The notes under the pieces were generated by a model. That model made no database searches. It saw only the letters and a program-made list of their open reading frames with translations, and was not told where the DNA came from. Both the position numbers and the translations under genes were made by a program. Below, piece after piece: positions 19,849 through 29,934 of a DNA stretch of 64,000 nucleotides. Location: NCBI GenBank assembly GCA_045106895.1, contig JBGCFM010000149.1, positions 32,001 through 96,000 on the forward strand. Reading direction: 5' to 3'. Source of the DNA: Polyangiales bacterium. Lineage in GTDB: Bacteria > Myxococcota_A > Polyangia > Polyangiales > Houyiibacteriaceae. Every line of letters begins with the position of its first letter. Positions within the stretch are counted from its first letter, which is position 1.

Positions 19849-21224
19849 TAGTCGCCCACTTCGAGCTGGGCGAGGCGCTTGGAGATCACTCCGCCTCTGT
19901 GCGGGAACGGCTCGCTCGGAATGGGCACGCCGAGGAAGTCACAGAGTGGCTCCCACCCTGCTCCGCTCGTTACGGGCAACTCGAGGAAGTCATCGCGCCC
20001 GGCGAAGTGCTCTCGCACACGTCGGACGTGCTCCTCGTGAACCCACGCAAAACGTTTCGGCTCGAAGTCGTAGCAGCCATAGGTCGAGGCCCGTAGCAGG
20101 CGGCGGATACCAAGGTGGACGTCCCCCTTGGTTGGGTCGTTGTGCGCAGGACGGCCGCTCCAATGGTTCTTCGCCGAGCGGAGCCACGACTCTATGGGGC
20201 GCGTGGTGAGGACGAACTTGCTACCGGGGTACTGGGCGTCGAGCTGCGCGTAGTAGGGCGACGCTGTGATGTCCGTGAGGCCATCAAAGTGGTCGAGGAA
20301 ATCGAAACGACCATCGCCCCGCTCCAGGTCACGCAACGTCTGTTCGTCAGTCGGGTAGTGAAGCGTGTCGAATCCGAGCACGTGGAGCGCCGCCGTCAGA
20401 CTTCGCGTCCCGGTTCGGGAGAGTCCTAGTCCGAAGACTTTGTGTGGTTGGACCGTCGGGATCCTGGAGGCCGTCGCCTCGGCCTCATCCCGCGTAAGCG
20501 GCGCTTGAAGAGGCAAGTCCAGCTTCGCCAACTGCTCGCTTGCGAGCACAGGCAAACGCCGGATGTACTCCGCCACCACTTCGGTGGACGTGTGAACCGC
20601 CACGTGTTTGCGCGTGTACTCGACGGCGTGACGCGCCACACGATAGTCCCCAGATTCATCCCAGCGCGCCATCGCTCCTTCGAGGCGAGCGCGCTGTTTC
20701 TCGGTTCGGCTTCGAAGTTCCCGAAGTGCGTATTTCTCCCAAATCGACGCAAAACTCTGGTGGTGATCATGCAGGATGCGAAAACCCTTAAAACGTTTTC
20801 CGCCTGCGAACTTCTGGAGCGCAAAGTTTCGCAGGCGTGACTCGGGACGCAGAACGTAGGCGTGGTCGTCCGTGGGAGGCGGGACCCGCTTCATCTCATT
20901 GACCACATCGATGCGGGTGATGTGCACGCCGCAGTGAATGCGTCCTCGAAAACGGTCCCACACGTAGGAGTCGACGTAGGGCGCCGTGTTCCAGTCGAGG
21001 AAGGGCCGCATATCCTCAAAGATGAGGCAATCCGCGTCCATGTGAACGACGACGTCGCAGTCGTGCTCAATCTGAAGCATCTGGCCCACGGCGGCCGAGA
21101 AAGGCTTCACGTTTTCGATAACGTGAACGCGCTGCGGGCGAATGTGCTCCTTGGCAAGCTCCAAGGCCAAGGCGCTCGTGCGCTCACCCACGCTGCGAAA
21201 TACAAGCTCCACGCGCCTACTCAT
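19848..21224 (-). CDS. Fusion of glycosyltransferase-like N-terminal domain and sulfotransferase domain
   Basis: N-terminal DADC (DxD) motif; C-terminal GLSRTGTRSL PAPS-binding loop, YPGSKFVLTTR, GWEPLCDFLG..PFP. Confidence 0.75.
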   Translation of the reverse strand: MSRRVELVFRSVGERTSALALELAKEHIRPQRVHVIENVKPFSAAVGQMLQIEHDCDVVVHMDADCLIFEDMRPFLDWNTAPYVDSYVWDRFRGRIHCGVHITRIDVVNEMKRVPPPTDDHAYVLRPESRLRNFALQKFAGGKRFKGFRILHDHHQSFASIWEKYALRELRSRTEKQRARLEGAMARWDESGDYRVARHAVEYTRKHVAVHTSTEVVAEYIRRLPVLASEQLAKLDLPLQAPLTRDEAEATASRIPTVQPHKVFGLGLSRTGTRSLTAALHVLGFDTLHYPTDEQTLRDLERGDGRFDFLDHFDGLTDITASPYYAQLDAQYPGSKFVLTTRPIESWLRSAKNHWSGRPAHNDPTKGDVHLGIRRLLRASTYGCYDFEPKRFAWVHEEHVRRVREHFAGRDDFLELPVTSGAGWEPLCDFLGVPIPSEPFPHRGGVISKRLAQLEVGD

Positions 21225-22039
21225 GATGAGCTCTCCATCTTCTCGTCGAACGCGTAGTCGGCGTTGTTCACGCCCACGATGGCGTTGAACACGTCGAGCG
21301 CGTCGGGCTTCATCTCTTGACGCCAGCGTAAATCCAGAACGACCCCCCCTGGGTGATCGCGGTAGTAGTCCCCGTGCCGAGAACCAACTTCGGGTGACGT
21401 CGCTGCATTCACGAGAAGTGACTGGGTCCCATTGTTGCCGCCCAGCGGGTGCTGCTCACTCTCCTCGAATCGCAACATGTCGTCGTCGTACTCGATTCCC
21501 AGCGTTGCGGCGATGGCCCGAAGAGTCGCCTCCGGCTGCTGCGCCAGGTCCTCGTAAGCCACGCGGATTTTGGGTCCCTCGAAGGCTTCAAAGAAGGCCT
21601 CACATGCGCTCACCTGCGTCAGCCAGTCGTTCACTTGAGTCTCAATGCTGAGCTCGGGGTACTTTCGAAGGCGAGAGTTCACGACGGCTCGGCCATCGCG
21701 CGTCAGAAAAACCAACGCCCCACGCGACTCGCTGACGCGCGCCTGAACCCACGTGAGGTTCTTCGTCGAGTCCACGATCAAAGCCGCGCCGGTTCGCTCG
21801 CGCAGGCGACGATAGAGGGCGTCCGCGTTGATTCCGTCGAGCTCCCCCCAGACTTTGCACGTGGGCCCGCAGAGTTTGCACTCGCGCTTGCGCTTCGGCT
21901 TCGTGGGGTCGCCGAGGAACACAGACTTCTTTGCCTCCCCGGCGTAGAACACCCGTGAGTGCGCTCCGAGCATCATGCCCAAGAGCGTCGAGCCGGAGTG
22001 CCCCGCTCCAATGATCCAGGTGGCCTCTAGTTCTGCCAT
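21221..22039 (-). CDS. Sulfotransferase family protein
   Basis: GAGHSGSTLL (5'-PSB), VDSTK, RDGRAVVNS (3'-PB), YEDL. Confidence 0.85.
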   Translation of the reverse strand: MAELEATWIIGAGHSGSTLLGMMLGAHSRVFYAGEAKKSVFLGDPTKPKRKRECKLCGPTCKVWGELDGINADALYRRLRERTGAALIVDSTKNLTWVQARVSESRGALVFLTRDGRAVVNSRLRKYPELSIETQVNDWLTQVSACEAFFEAFEGPKIRVAYEDLAQQPEATLRAIAATLGIEYDDDMLRFEESEQHPLGGNNGTQSLLVNAATSPEVGSRHGDYYRDHPGGVVLDLRWRQEMKPDALDVFNAIVGVNNADYAFDEKMESSS

Positions 22040-23697
22040 TGGCGTGAGCGTGCGACGTCGGCGCGATAAGCTTGAACCATCGCGATTGTTGTATCTTCGT
22101 CCCAGCCAAGGAGCTCCGCGAGCTGCTGCCCGACGGCCTCCGCCGCCCCGAGCCCCTGATCCTCGTCACGGTAGAAGAGCTGTGTCCGGCGAATCATGAT
22201 GTCGCTGACCGTGGCCGCGAACTCTTCGTTCACCGCCCACTCGACCTGAGCGCGAACCTCGACGCGGCCTTCGACGAGAGGCGTCGCCAAGCTGGCGTCG
22301 GCGGCGATGGTCTCCGCCAGAGGGATCGCCCGCATTCCGTAGGTGTCGGCCAGGTGCCGCGCGCAGCGCGCGTCGAGGTGACCTCCCGCGGCTTTTTCGA
22401 CGCTTGCGGCGACCTTCTCGTGGTCGTCATCGTCGGGCCACCCTTGACCGCCGGGCAGCGGGTCATGCTCCGTGCGGGCGGGCTTGCTCTTCTTCCTTCT
22501 GCCACTCAAGCGGAGAAGCTGTTCCGCGCGGTCGACGACCTCCGCGGACATCCGGCGGTACGTCGTCAGCTTGCCGCCGGCGATGGTGAGAAGACCGTTT
22601 CGTCCAACCAGGATCTCATGTTCACGACTGACGGCGGACTCGTCGACGCCGTCCCCAGCGGGCGCAACCAAAGGTCGGAGGCCGGCCCACGTCGCGATGA
22701 CGTCGCTCTTCTTCAGTTGGTGCTGTGGAAAATGATAGTTCGCGGCGTCGATGAGGTACTCGACGTCCTCCGCCGTCGCGGCCACGTCACCCGGAGCGCC
22801 GGTATAGTCCGTGTCTGTGGTGCCAACATAGGCGCGGTCGCCCCAAGGCAGCGCAAAGAGCACGCGTTCATCTTCGGGGTGAAAACAGACCACGGCGTGT
22901 TTGACCGGAAGCTTCGCCGCATCGACGACGATGTGTACGCCCTTCGTCGGCCGCAGGACGTCCCGAGGCGCCTGACCGGGCACCGGGCTGAGCGCGCGGA
23001 CGGCGTCGGTCCACGGCCCCGTCGCGTTGATGACGACGCCGGCACGGATGGACTTGTTCTCGCCACCCTCAAGGTGGTCACTTACCTCCGCGCCACAGAC
23101 GCGACCGCGCTCGTCCAATAGAAAGCGCTCCACCTTGGCGCCAGTCGCGATCACGGCGCCTTGGTGTGCCGCGTCGATGGCCGTCTCCAAGGTGAGGCGC
23201 GCGTCGTCCGTTGAGCAATCGTAGTAAAGCGGCGCGCCGGTCAGGCCTTCTTGCTTCAGTGTGGGCTCGCGTTCGGCGACGTCGCCGGGTCCAAGGTTCT
23301 TGTGGATCTTTGGCGAACGAAAGAGTGAAAGGCCGTCGTAGAGCCACATGCCGGCGTTGATGAGCCAGCGCTTCTGACGGGCGCCTTTGTAGACCGGGAA
23401 AAGAAACGCCAATGGGTTCACGAGGTGAGGCGCGAGGTCCATCAGGATGCGGCGTTCACTGACGCTCTCGAAGACCATGCCGAACTCATAGTGTTCGAGG
23501 TAACGAAGCCCGCCGTGCACAAGCTTACTGGACCGTGATGAGGTCCCGTAGGCGAGGTCGTTCATCTCGACCAACGCGGTCGTGTATCCGCGCCGGGCGG
23601 CATCCCGAGCGATGCCCGCTCCGGTGATCCCTCCGCCCACAATGAGCACATCCACGTCTTCGCCGAGGCGCTCCCACATCTGCTTCCGCTTAGCCAT
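22027..23697 (-). CDS. glpD: FAD-dependent glycerol-3-phosphate dehydrogenase
   Basis: GGGITGAG, GTSSRSSKLVHGGLRYLE, DDARL, GGKLTTYR. Confidence 0.93.
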   Translation of the reverse strand: MAKRKQMWERLGEDVDVLIVGGGITGAGIARDAARRGYTTALVEMNDLAYGTSSRSSKLVHGGLRYLEHYEFGMVFESVSERRILMDLAPHLVNPLAFLFPVYKGARQKRWLINAGMWLYDGLSLFRSPKIHKNLGPGDVAEREPTLKQEGLTGAPLYYDCSTDDARLTLETAIDAAHQGAVIATGAKVERFLLDERGRVCGAEVSDHLEGGENKSIRAGVVINATGPWTDAVRALSPVPGQAPRDVLRPTKGVHIVVDAAKLPVKHAVVCFHPEDERVLFALPWGDRAYVGTTDTDYTGAPGDVAATAEDVEYLIDAANYHFPQHQLKKSDVIATWAGLRPLVAPAGDGVDESAVSREHEILVGRNGLLTIAGGKLTTYRRMSAEVVDRAEQLLRLSGRRKKSKPARTEHDPLPGGQGWPDDDDHEKVAASVEKAAGGHLDARCARHLADTYGMRAIPLAETIAADASLATPLVEGRVEVRAQVEWAVNEEFAATVSDIMIRRTQLFYRDEDQGLGAAEAVGQQLAELLGWDEDTTIAMVQAYRADVARSRQWQN

Positions 23698-23797
23698 CAC
23701 AGCTAGATAGCAGCGTTCGGCGAGACTCGCGACGTGCAAGTGATGAAGTACTTCGGAGCTGCTTGCGCATCGATCTTCTGGGCCCCATCGTCGTCAA

Positions 23798-24424
23798 ATG
23801 ACTGGGACAAAACCCGTGGCGGAGAACATTACGTGGCATCAGGGCGAGGTTCGCCGGAGCGATCGCGAAGAGGCCCGGGGACACCGTGGTGGCGTAATTT
23901 GGCTAACGGGGCTGAGCGGCTCCGGCAAAAGCACACTCGGCTCACGTCTCGAAGGGGCGCTTCACGCCCGCGGAGTTCAGGTCTACGTACTCGACGGGGA
24001 CAACGTCCGCCATGGGCTCTGCGCCGATCTCGGCTTCGCTCCGGAGGACCGTCAGGAGAACATCCGCCGCGTCGGCGAAGTGGCCAAGCTCTTCGTCGAC
24101 TCCGGCACCCTCGTGATCTCTGCGTTCATCTCTCCCTACCGGGCCGATCGCGCCAAGGTCCGAAGCACCCTCGGCGAGGGCGACTTCATCGAGGTACACG
24201 TCGCCGCGGACCTCGCCACGTGCGAAGTTCGAGACCCCAAAGGGCTCTACAAGAAAGCACGGGCCGGAGAGATCAAAGGGTTCACCGGCATCGACGCGCC
24301 GTATGAAGCCCCCGAGTCACCGGAGCTGCGCATCGATACCAGCGATGACACGCCGGAAGAGTCGGCTTCTCGCGTGTTGAGCTACCTCGAAGAGCACGGC
24401 TACCTGAGCGGCGAGACTCAGTAA
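23798..24424 (+). CDS. cysC: Adenylyl-sulfate kinase
   Basis: [40 protein letters not shown]. Confidence 0.97.
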   Translation: MTGTKPVAENITWHQGEVRRSDREEARGHRGGVIWLTGLSGSGKSTLGSRLEGALHARGVQVYVLDGDNVRHGLCADLGFAPEDRQENIRRVGEVAKLFVDSGTLVISAFISPYRADRAKVRSTLGEGDFIEVHVAADLATCEVRDPKGLYKKARAGEIKGFTGIDAPYEAPESPELRIDTSDDTPEESASRVLSYLEEHGYLSGETQ

Positions 24425-24508
24425 GGACGCTGCTTCACTTTAGGGCGCTCTGCACGCGATCGATGCAGTCCTTCGCCCGCGACCCACCGTTTCTCTCGGG
24501 TTCTGCCC

Positions 24509-24524
24509 TGGCACGCCTCGTGCT
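24509..24524 (+). promoter_or_regulatory. Putative sigma54 promoter
   Basis: TGGCACGCCTCGTGCT closely matches TGGCACG-N4-TTGCW. Confidence 0.7.
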
Positions 24525-24555
24525 CTATCTCCGCGCAACAGACGAAGGAGAGTCA

Positions 24556-25437
24556 ATGAGCACAGACAAGAGTGAGATGCAGGTTCGGTTTTGGGGCGTA
24601 CGCGGGAGCATCGCGGTGCCGGGGGAAAGCACACGCCAGATAGGCGGCAACACGAGCTGCGTGGAAGTTCAATGTGGCGACGCGCGTTTCATCCTCGACT
24701 CGGGGACCGGGATTCGTGGTCTCGGCGCGGCGCTCGCGAAGGAAGGGGCGGAGGAGTCGACGTTGCTTCTAAGTCACTTGCATTGGGACCACATTCAGGG
24801 CTTCCCCTTCTACGCTCCGCTCTATTCCTCAGCGCACAGGCTCCGTGTCCTTGGCGGAGGCACCCCAGAGCTCGGCGTCCGAGACGCGCTCTCTCTTCAG
24901 ATGAAGCCCCCGACCTTCCCCGTGCTCTTCGACGAGCTCCCATGCCGCATCGAATCGCGCACGGTGCGCCACGGACTCTCCATCAACTACGACGGGGTGG
25001 AGATTCAGTGCGCAAAACTCAACCACCCTGGCGGCGGGGTCTTCGCCTACAGGCTCAACTACGCAGGCAAGAGCGTCGTGTACGCGACAGACACCGAACA
25101 CTACGGATGCGTCGACCCCACGCTGCGACGCCTCGCGATGAACGCGGATGTTCTCATCTACGACTCGCAGTATACGCCTGGGGAGTACTGCGGCGACGAA
25201 GGCCCGGCGCGAACCGGTTGGGGACACTCCACCTTTGAAGCCGGCGCCGCCCTCGCACACGCCGCGCAGGTCTCGCGCTACGTGCTCTTTCACCACGACC
25301 CCGCCCGCGATGACGAAGGAGTGATGGCCATCGAAGAGCGCGCTCAAGGCCTCTTCGAGCGCGCCACCGCAGCGCGGGAAGGCTTGTGCCTCGACGTCGG
25401 GCGCGACGGAGAATTCGTCACGGGAGCCGCCGCCTGA
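24556..25437 (+). CDS. MBL-fold metallohydrolase (RNase Z / cNMP phosphodiesterase-like)
   Basis: FWGVRGS, GGNTSC, SHLHWDHIQG, TDTEH, WGHS, HHDP; GAAGGAG RBS. Confidence 0.9.
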   Translation: MSTDKSEMQVRFWGVRGSIAVPGESTRQIGGNTSCVEVQCGDARFILDSGTGIRGLGAALAKEGAEESTLLLSHLHWDHIQGFPFYAPLYSSAHRLRVLGGGTPELGVRDALSLQMKPPTFPVLFDELPCRIESRTVRHGLSINYDGVEIQCAKLNHPGGGVFAYRLNYAGKSVVYATDTEHYGCVDPTLRRLAMNADVLIYDSQYTPGEYCGDEGPARTGWGHSTFEAGAALAHAAQVSRYVLFHHDPARDDEGVMAIEERAQGLFERATAAREGLCLDVGRDGEFVTGAAA

Positions 25438-25472
25438 GTCCTGGCGGGCCCAATGCTATGCTCGGCGCGCCG

Positions 25473-26939
25473 ATGCATCGCCTCTCCCTCCTCGTCGATC
25501 TCGCCTCACTCCTCACCCGAGAAGTCGGCATTGACGCACTCCTCGACATCGCCGGACAGCGCCTCGCCAGCGCGATGGACGCACAGCGCGCGACGCTCTG
25601 GCTCGTCGATGCAAGCGACGGCTCCCTCGTCAGCCGCGTCGCGGTGTTGCCGGAACGTAACGACAGCCTGCGCCTCGCGCGCGGTCAAGGGGTCGCAGGT
25701 CATGTCGCAGAAAGCGGCGAGATGCTCTGCGTCAACGATGTCGCCAAGAGCGAACTCTTCGACGGCTCCATCGACGCATCCACCGGTTTTGAGACAAAGA
25801 GCATTCTCGCCGCCCCGGTTCGCGCCCACGCAGGCGCGCCGATTCGGGGCGTGGTCCAGGTGCTGAACAAACGCGATGGTCAGTTTGATGACGAGGACGC
25901 GAAGTACCTCACTGCCCTGGCCGTTCAGTTTGAACAGGTCCTTGCGCTGACGACGCTGCGCGCCGACGACGACGAGGCGCCGGGCGTCGTTCTGCGCGGT
26001 CCAATCAACCACATCGTAGGGCGAAGCGCGGTGATGGAGGGCGTGTACGAGACCGTCATGCTCTGCGCGGAGACCGACGCGAGCGTGCTCCTCCGCGGCG
26101 AGACCGGCACCGGCAAGACGATGTTGGCCCGCGCGATTCACGTAAACTCGCAGCGAAGCGCTGGCCCTTTTGTCACCGTCGACTGCACGACCATTCCCGG
26201 AGAGCTCGCGGCGAGCGAGCTCTTTGGTCACGAGCGTGGTTCGTTTACCGGCGCTGAGAGGCGCGTCCTTGGAAAGGTCGAGTTAGCGAACGAAGGCACG
26301 CTCTTTCTTGATGAAGTCGGCGAGCTTCCCCTTCGTAACCAAGCGCAACTCCTCCGCTTTCTACAGGAGCGCTCCTTTGAACGCGTCGGAGGACGGGAAA
26401 CCCTCAGCGCCAACGTTCGGGTTTGCTGCGCGACGCATGTGGACCTCGAAGCGCGTGTAAAGGCCGGTCTCTTTCGTGAGGATCTTTACTATCGCATCCG
26501 CGTCGTCGAGCTCAACGTGCCGCCGCTTCGAAAGCGCGGCGACGAAGACATCGTCCACCTCGCTCAACACTTCGCCGACAAGTACGCACGACGTTACGGA
26601 CGCCCACGCCCCCTCCTGAGCGAGCGCGCGATGGTGGGACTGCGCGCCTACGCCTGGCCGGGGAACGTCCGCGAGCTCGAACATTGGATCGAGAGTCGCG
26701 TGGTCCTAGAGCGCGACGGAACCATCGACTCTGTCCCCGAAGAACGTGCCGCGCTCATACCCACGGACGCCCGTGGGCCTATGGACGGCGTGAGCCTGCC
26801 CCATGGCCTCACCCTCGCCGAAGCATCGCAGCGCTATGTTCAAGCGAGCGTCGAGCGCCACGAGGGCGTCAAATCCCAGGCGGCGACGTCGCTTGGCGTC
26901 TCCCGAAACACCGTCGCGCGTATTCTCAAGGGCGAGTAG
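25473..26939 (+). CDS. GAF-domain sigma54-dependent transcriptional activator
   Basis: GAF (TGFETKSIL..LNK..FDDED), GETGTGK, GSFTGA, FLDE, REDLYYR, C-terminal HTH. Confidence 0.93.
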   Translation: MHRLSLLVDLASLLTREVGIDALLDIAGQRLASAMDAQRATLWLVDASDGSLVSRVAVLPERNDSLRLARGQGVAGHVAESGEMLCVNDVAKSELFDGSIDASTGFETKSILAAPVRAHAGAPIRGVVQVLNKRDGQFDDEDAKYLTALAVQFEQVLALTTLRADDDEAPGVVLRGPINHIVGRSAVMEGVYETVMLCAETDASVLLRGETGTGKTMLARAIHVNSQRSAGPFVTVDCTTIPGELAASELFGHERGSFTGAERRVLGKVELANEGTLFLDEVGELPLRNQAQLLRFLQERSFERVGGRETLSANVRVCCATHVDLEARVKAGLFREDLYYRIRVVELNVPPLRKRGDEDIVHLAQHFADKYARRYGRPRPLLSERAMVGLRAYAWPGNVRELEHWIESRVVLERDGTIDSVPEERAALIPTDARGPMDGVSLPHGLTLAEASQRYVQASVERHEGVKSQAATSLGVSRNTVARILKGE

Positions 26940-26955
26940 CGCGGCCTCGCGGAGT

Positions 26956-27918
26956 CTAAGCGACGAGGGCCCTCGCCAGGGCCTCGATGCTCGCGGGTGA
27001 ACATCCCTCCGCCTTGTTGTTGACGATGACAAACGCCGGGCTCTGGGATTCGAGGGCGAGACGGATCAAACGGAGAGCGTCGTCGCGCATCTGCGGCTGG
27101 GGTTTCACGATCTTGTCGAAGGGTTTGTAGGCCTCCTTCATCGTGGCGTAGGAGCCGCCGCGCGGAAGCATGAGGCGCGCCACGGTCACCGGCCCGACGC
27201 GACTGCCCATCCACTCCAGCTGCTTCCCGATGGAGGGCATATGCGACCAGGCGTTGAACACATGAGAGGCGCCGTGAGCGCGGAGGGTCTCGGCGTAGCG
27301 TTCGGAAAAGAGCCGTTCATCACGCAGCTCAAAGGCAAAGTCGTGGCTGTAACCCTTATCTCGGGCGGCGCCCAAGAAGCGCGCGACGGCGTCGGCAAAG
27401 CCGCGCGCATTCACCGGTCCGGGGCTCGGGGGCACCTCCACCACAAACGGCCCAGCGTGAGGGGCAAAGGCTTCGCGATAGGGAGCGTAGACGCTGGCAA
27501 AGAGGTCTGGGTCCAGGAACTTTCGGTTTACCTGTCCGGCCCGCGCGTGGTGCCGTGGAAAGATGCGCGTGGTGATCTCCGACCAGACCTTGGACACGCA
27601 GACGAAGTCGTCGGGCAGCATGGCTGCGTAGGCGTTGAGGGTCTCCGCGTCGACGGGCGCGTAATAGCTGCGGTCGATGCCCACGGTTCGGAAGAGCGGG
27701 TACTCGGCGTACTCGCGAAGGGAGCCTTGAACGAACGCCTTCTTGTTCTTGTACGTACGGTGGTAAACGCGGTCCGCCCACCCCTCGAAGGTCCAGCTGG
27801 ACGTCCCAAATCGCACGCCGGGTGGGATTGCCCGCCCGAGCCCCCGAAGGTCCGCCAGCGGATCGACGCTGGGGCGCGCGGAAAAGAGCCCAAGCTGGCC
27901 ATCTCCGAAGAGCGACAC
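26956..27918 (-). CDS. DUF72 family protein
   Basis: FGTSSWTF..W, DRSYY, AFELR, NNKAEG; probable GTG start at 27918. Confidence 0.88.
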   Translation of the reverse strand: MSLFGDGQLGLFSARPSVDPLADLRGLGRAIPPGVRFGTSSWTFEGWADRVYHRTYKNKKAFVQGSLREYAEYPLFRTVGIDRSYYAPVDAETLNAYAAMLPDDFVCVSKVWSEITTRIFPRHHARAGQVNRKFLDPDLFASVYAPYREAFAPHAGPFVVEVPPSPGPVNARGFADAVARFLGAARDKGYSHDFAFELRDERLFSERYAETLRAHGASHVFNAWSHMPSIGKQLEWMGSRVGPVTVARLMLPRGGSYATMKEAYKPFDKIVKPQPQMRDDALRLIRLALESQSPAFVIVNNKAEGCSPASIEALARALVA

Positions 27919-27923
27919 GGTGG

Positions 27924-28796
27924 TCAGTAGCGCTGGTAGGAGCGAATGGTCGCGAGGAGCATCCGCTCTCGTGAGTGGGCGACCTGGGCACTCCGGTGAC
28001 GCTCCCGCGCCTGACGGCTCGCCTCCTTCTCCTTCTCCGTTCGGACGGCGTTGCCAAGCTGAACTTCTTCGCCGGCGGCGTACTGCGCATCGGCTCGTTC
28101 GCCGATGGCAAAGCGAGACGCCGCCCGAACCGCGTTCTCTTCGGCGCGTTTCATCCACACTCCGCCGCAGCACTTTGCGAAGTGTACATCCACGGAAGTG
28201 CCGAGCAGACCAGGCTTGTACAAGTCCATGTCCTGTGCGCACTCGGGACAGGAAAGCTCGCTTGGCCCTTCCTTCGGCGCAGCCCACGGCGCCTCGGCAA
28301 AGAGCGCCTCTGTGTCGATGTTTGAGAGTTCGGCTTCGCCGGGCCCGAGGAACATCGAAGCACATGCGACGCATTCGTCGACGGTCACCTCATGAAACTG
28401 CCGCAGCGTCAAAGACGCCGAGCACGATGGACATGCGAGTTTGGCCGGCCGGTCCGTTGGCTTCAGAGGTGAAGAAGGCGCCTGCGCCATCGCGTATCCT
28501 TCGCCAGCGTCGAGGTAGATTCCGCCGCAACACGCACTGCGCTCGATCTCGATATCTTCGCCGCCGGGTGTCTTCACGCGAAACGTGGTCATGGGCTTGT
28601 CGTGGTCTGGACAGACTCGCGTGGATTGCCCCGCGGGACGGGCGCCGAAACCAAAGAGCATGCCTGCATCGACGTTGATGACGCTTCCTTCATCCGCATC
28701 AAGGAACACCCCAGCGCACTTCGGACAGGAGTCGATTTCGGTTCCATGAACGTTCATCACTTTCATGGGCGTCTGACATCCGGGGCATTTTCTCAT
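27924..28796 (-). CDS. Multi zinc-ribbon (zf-TFIIB-like) protein
   Basis: Four CPxC/CPxH..CxxCxGxxLD-type modules. Confidence 0.8.
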   Translation of the reverse strand: MRKCPGCQTPMKVMNVHGTEIDSCPKCAGVFLDADEGSVINVDAGMLFGFGARPAGQSTRVCPDHDKPMTTFRVKTPGGEDIEIERSACCGGIYLDAGEGYAMAQAPSSPLKPTDRPAKLACPSCSASLTLRQFHEVTVDECVACASMFLGPGEAELSNIDTEALFAEAPWAAPKEGPSELSCPECAQDMDLYKPGLLGTSVDVHFAKCCGGVWMKRAEENAVRAASRFAIGERADAQYAAGEEVQLGNAVRTEKEKEASRQARERHRSAQVAHSRERMLLATIRSYQRY

Positions 28797-28839
28797 GGCA
28801 CCATCCTCCGGCGATGCCGCGCGTTGTGCAACCCCTTAG

Positions 28840-29934
28840 TCAGCGCAGGTAGCGCTCTACATTCGCATTGTGCGTGTCCAGGTCTGCGGCGAACGCGTGG
28901 CGGCCGCCCCCACGAGCGACGAAATAGAGGTAGTCGTGAGGCGCGGGCGAAAGAACCGCTTCTATCGCGTCCGCGCCCGGGTTTGCGATGGGCCCCGGCG
29001 GGAGTTCTCCATGGCGGTAGGTGTTGTAGCGGTTGGCGCTGTCGCCCAGCATCGCCCGCGAGATCCGGCCTTCGTACCCTTCACACGACGGCGCACGTTC
29101 CGGCTCCGCAAGGCATCCATACGCGACGGTGGGATCGGCCTGGAGACGATGAAGCGGACGAAAGGTCTCCGAGCGCAGTCGATTTAGGAACACGCCGGCG
29201 ATGATGGCCCTCTCGGCGGCGACGCCGGCCTCACGCTCCACGACGCTGGCCAGCACGAGAACGTCGTGGCGATCCATGCCGAGTTCTTCCTCCAGCGATG
29301 CGAGGGCGCCTGCGTGTCGCTCAAACACAGCTTCGGTGCGCGTCGTGTAGTTGGCGTAGAGTCGGCCCACGACGTCTTCCGCGTCGGTGGCCTCGCGAAG
29401 CTCGTAGGTATCTGGGAATAGATAACCTTCGCGACTTGGCGCCTCCACGTTCGGGGGCGGCGCCGAGGTGGCGACGAGGAACTCAGCCTCCCCGCAGATG
29501 CTCTGCTCTTCGAGGAGCCGCGCGATGTCGAAGCGCGTCTGTCCTTCGGGGATCACCACGCGCCTCGGCACCGGGCCTCGCCCGTGGGTGATACGCCGGA
29601 CAATCTCTTCCGGCGACAGGTTCCGTGCGAGCAGAACCCGCCCGTCACGAAGCTGCGAGCTGCCGGTGACGAGGCGGTGATACGCGGCGTAGACGAAGGC
29701 GGATTCGATGACCTTTTCTTCGGCGAGGCCCTCCGACACCTCCTCGAGGCTACCGCTCATCTCAAACTCAAAGGAACGCCCGGGGCCGTCCATGGCTCGA
29801 CCCGGGTACACGATGAGAAGGTATGCGATCGCCGCGAGCGCCGCGAAGACCGCAACGACGAGGACCATACGAAGCGCCCGCAACGGAGTGGAGCCCTTCC
29901 GCTGGCTCTTACGACGCTTTTTCTTCTTAGCCAT
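28840..29934 (-). CDS. mltG: Endolytic transglycosylase
   Basis: EGYLFPDTY, ASVVERE, LQADPTV, YNTY..GELPPGPI, YLYFV. Confidence 0.94.
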   Translation of the reverse strand: MAKKKKRRKSQRKGSTPLRALRMVLVVAVFAALAAIAYLLIVYPGRAMDGPGRSFEFEMSGSLEEVSEGLAEEKVIESAFVYAAYHRLVTGSSQLRDGRVLLARNLSPEEIVRRITHGRGPVPRRVVIPEGQTRFDIARLLEEQSICGEAEFLVATSAPPPNVEAPSREGYLFPDTYELREATDAEDVVGRLYANYTTRTEAVFERHAGALASLEEELGMDRHDVLVLASVVEREAGVAAERAIIAGVFLNRLRSETFRPLHRLQADPTVAYGCLAEPERAPSCEGYEGRISRAMLGDSANRYNTYRHGELPPGPIANPGADAIEAVLSPAPHDYLYFVARGGGRHAFAADLDTHNANVERYLR

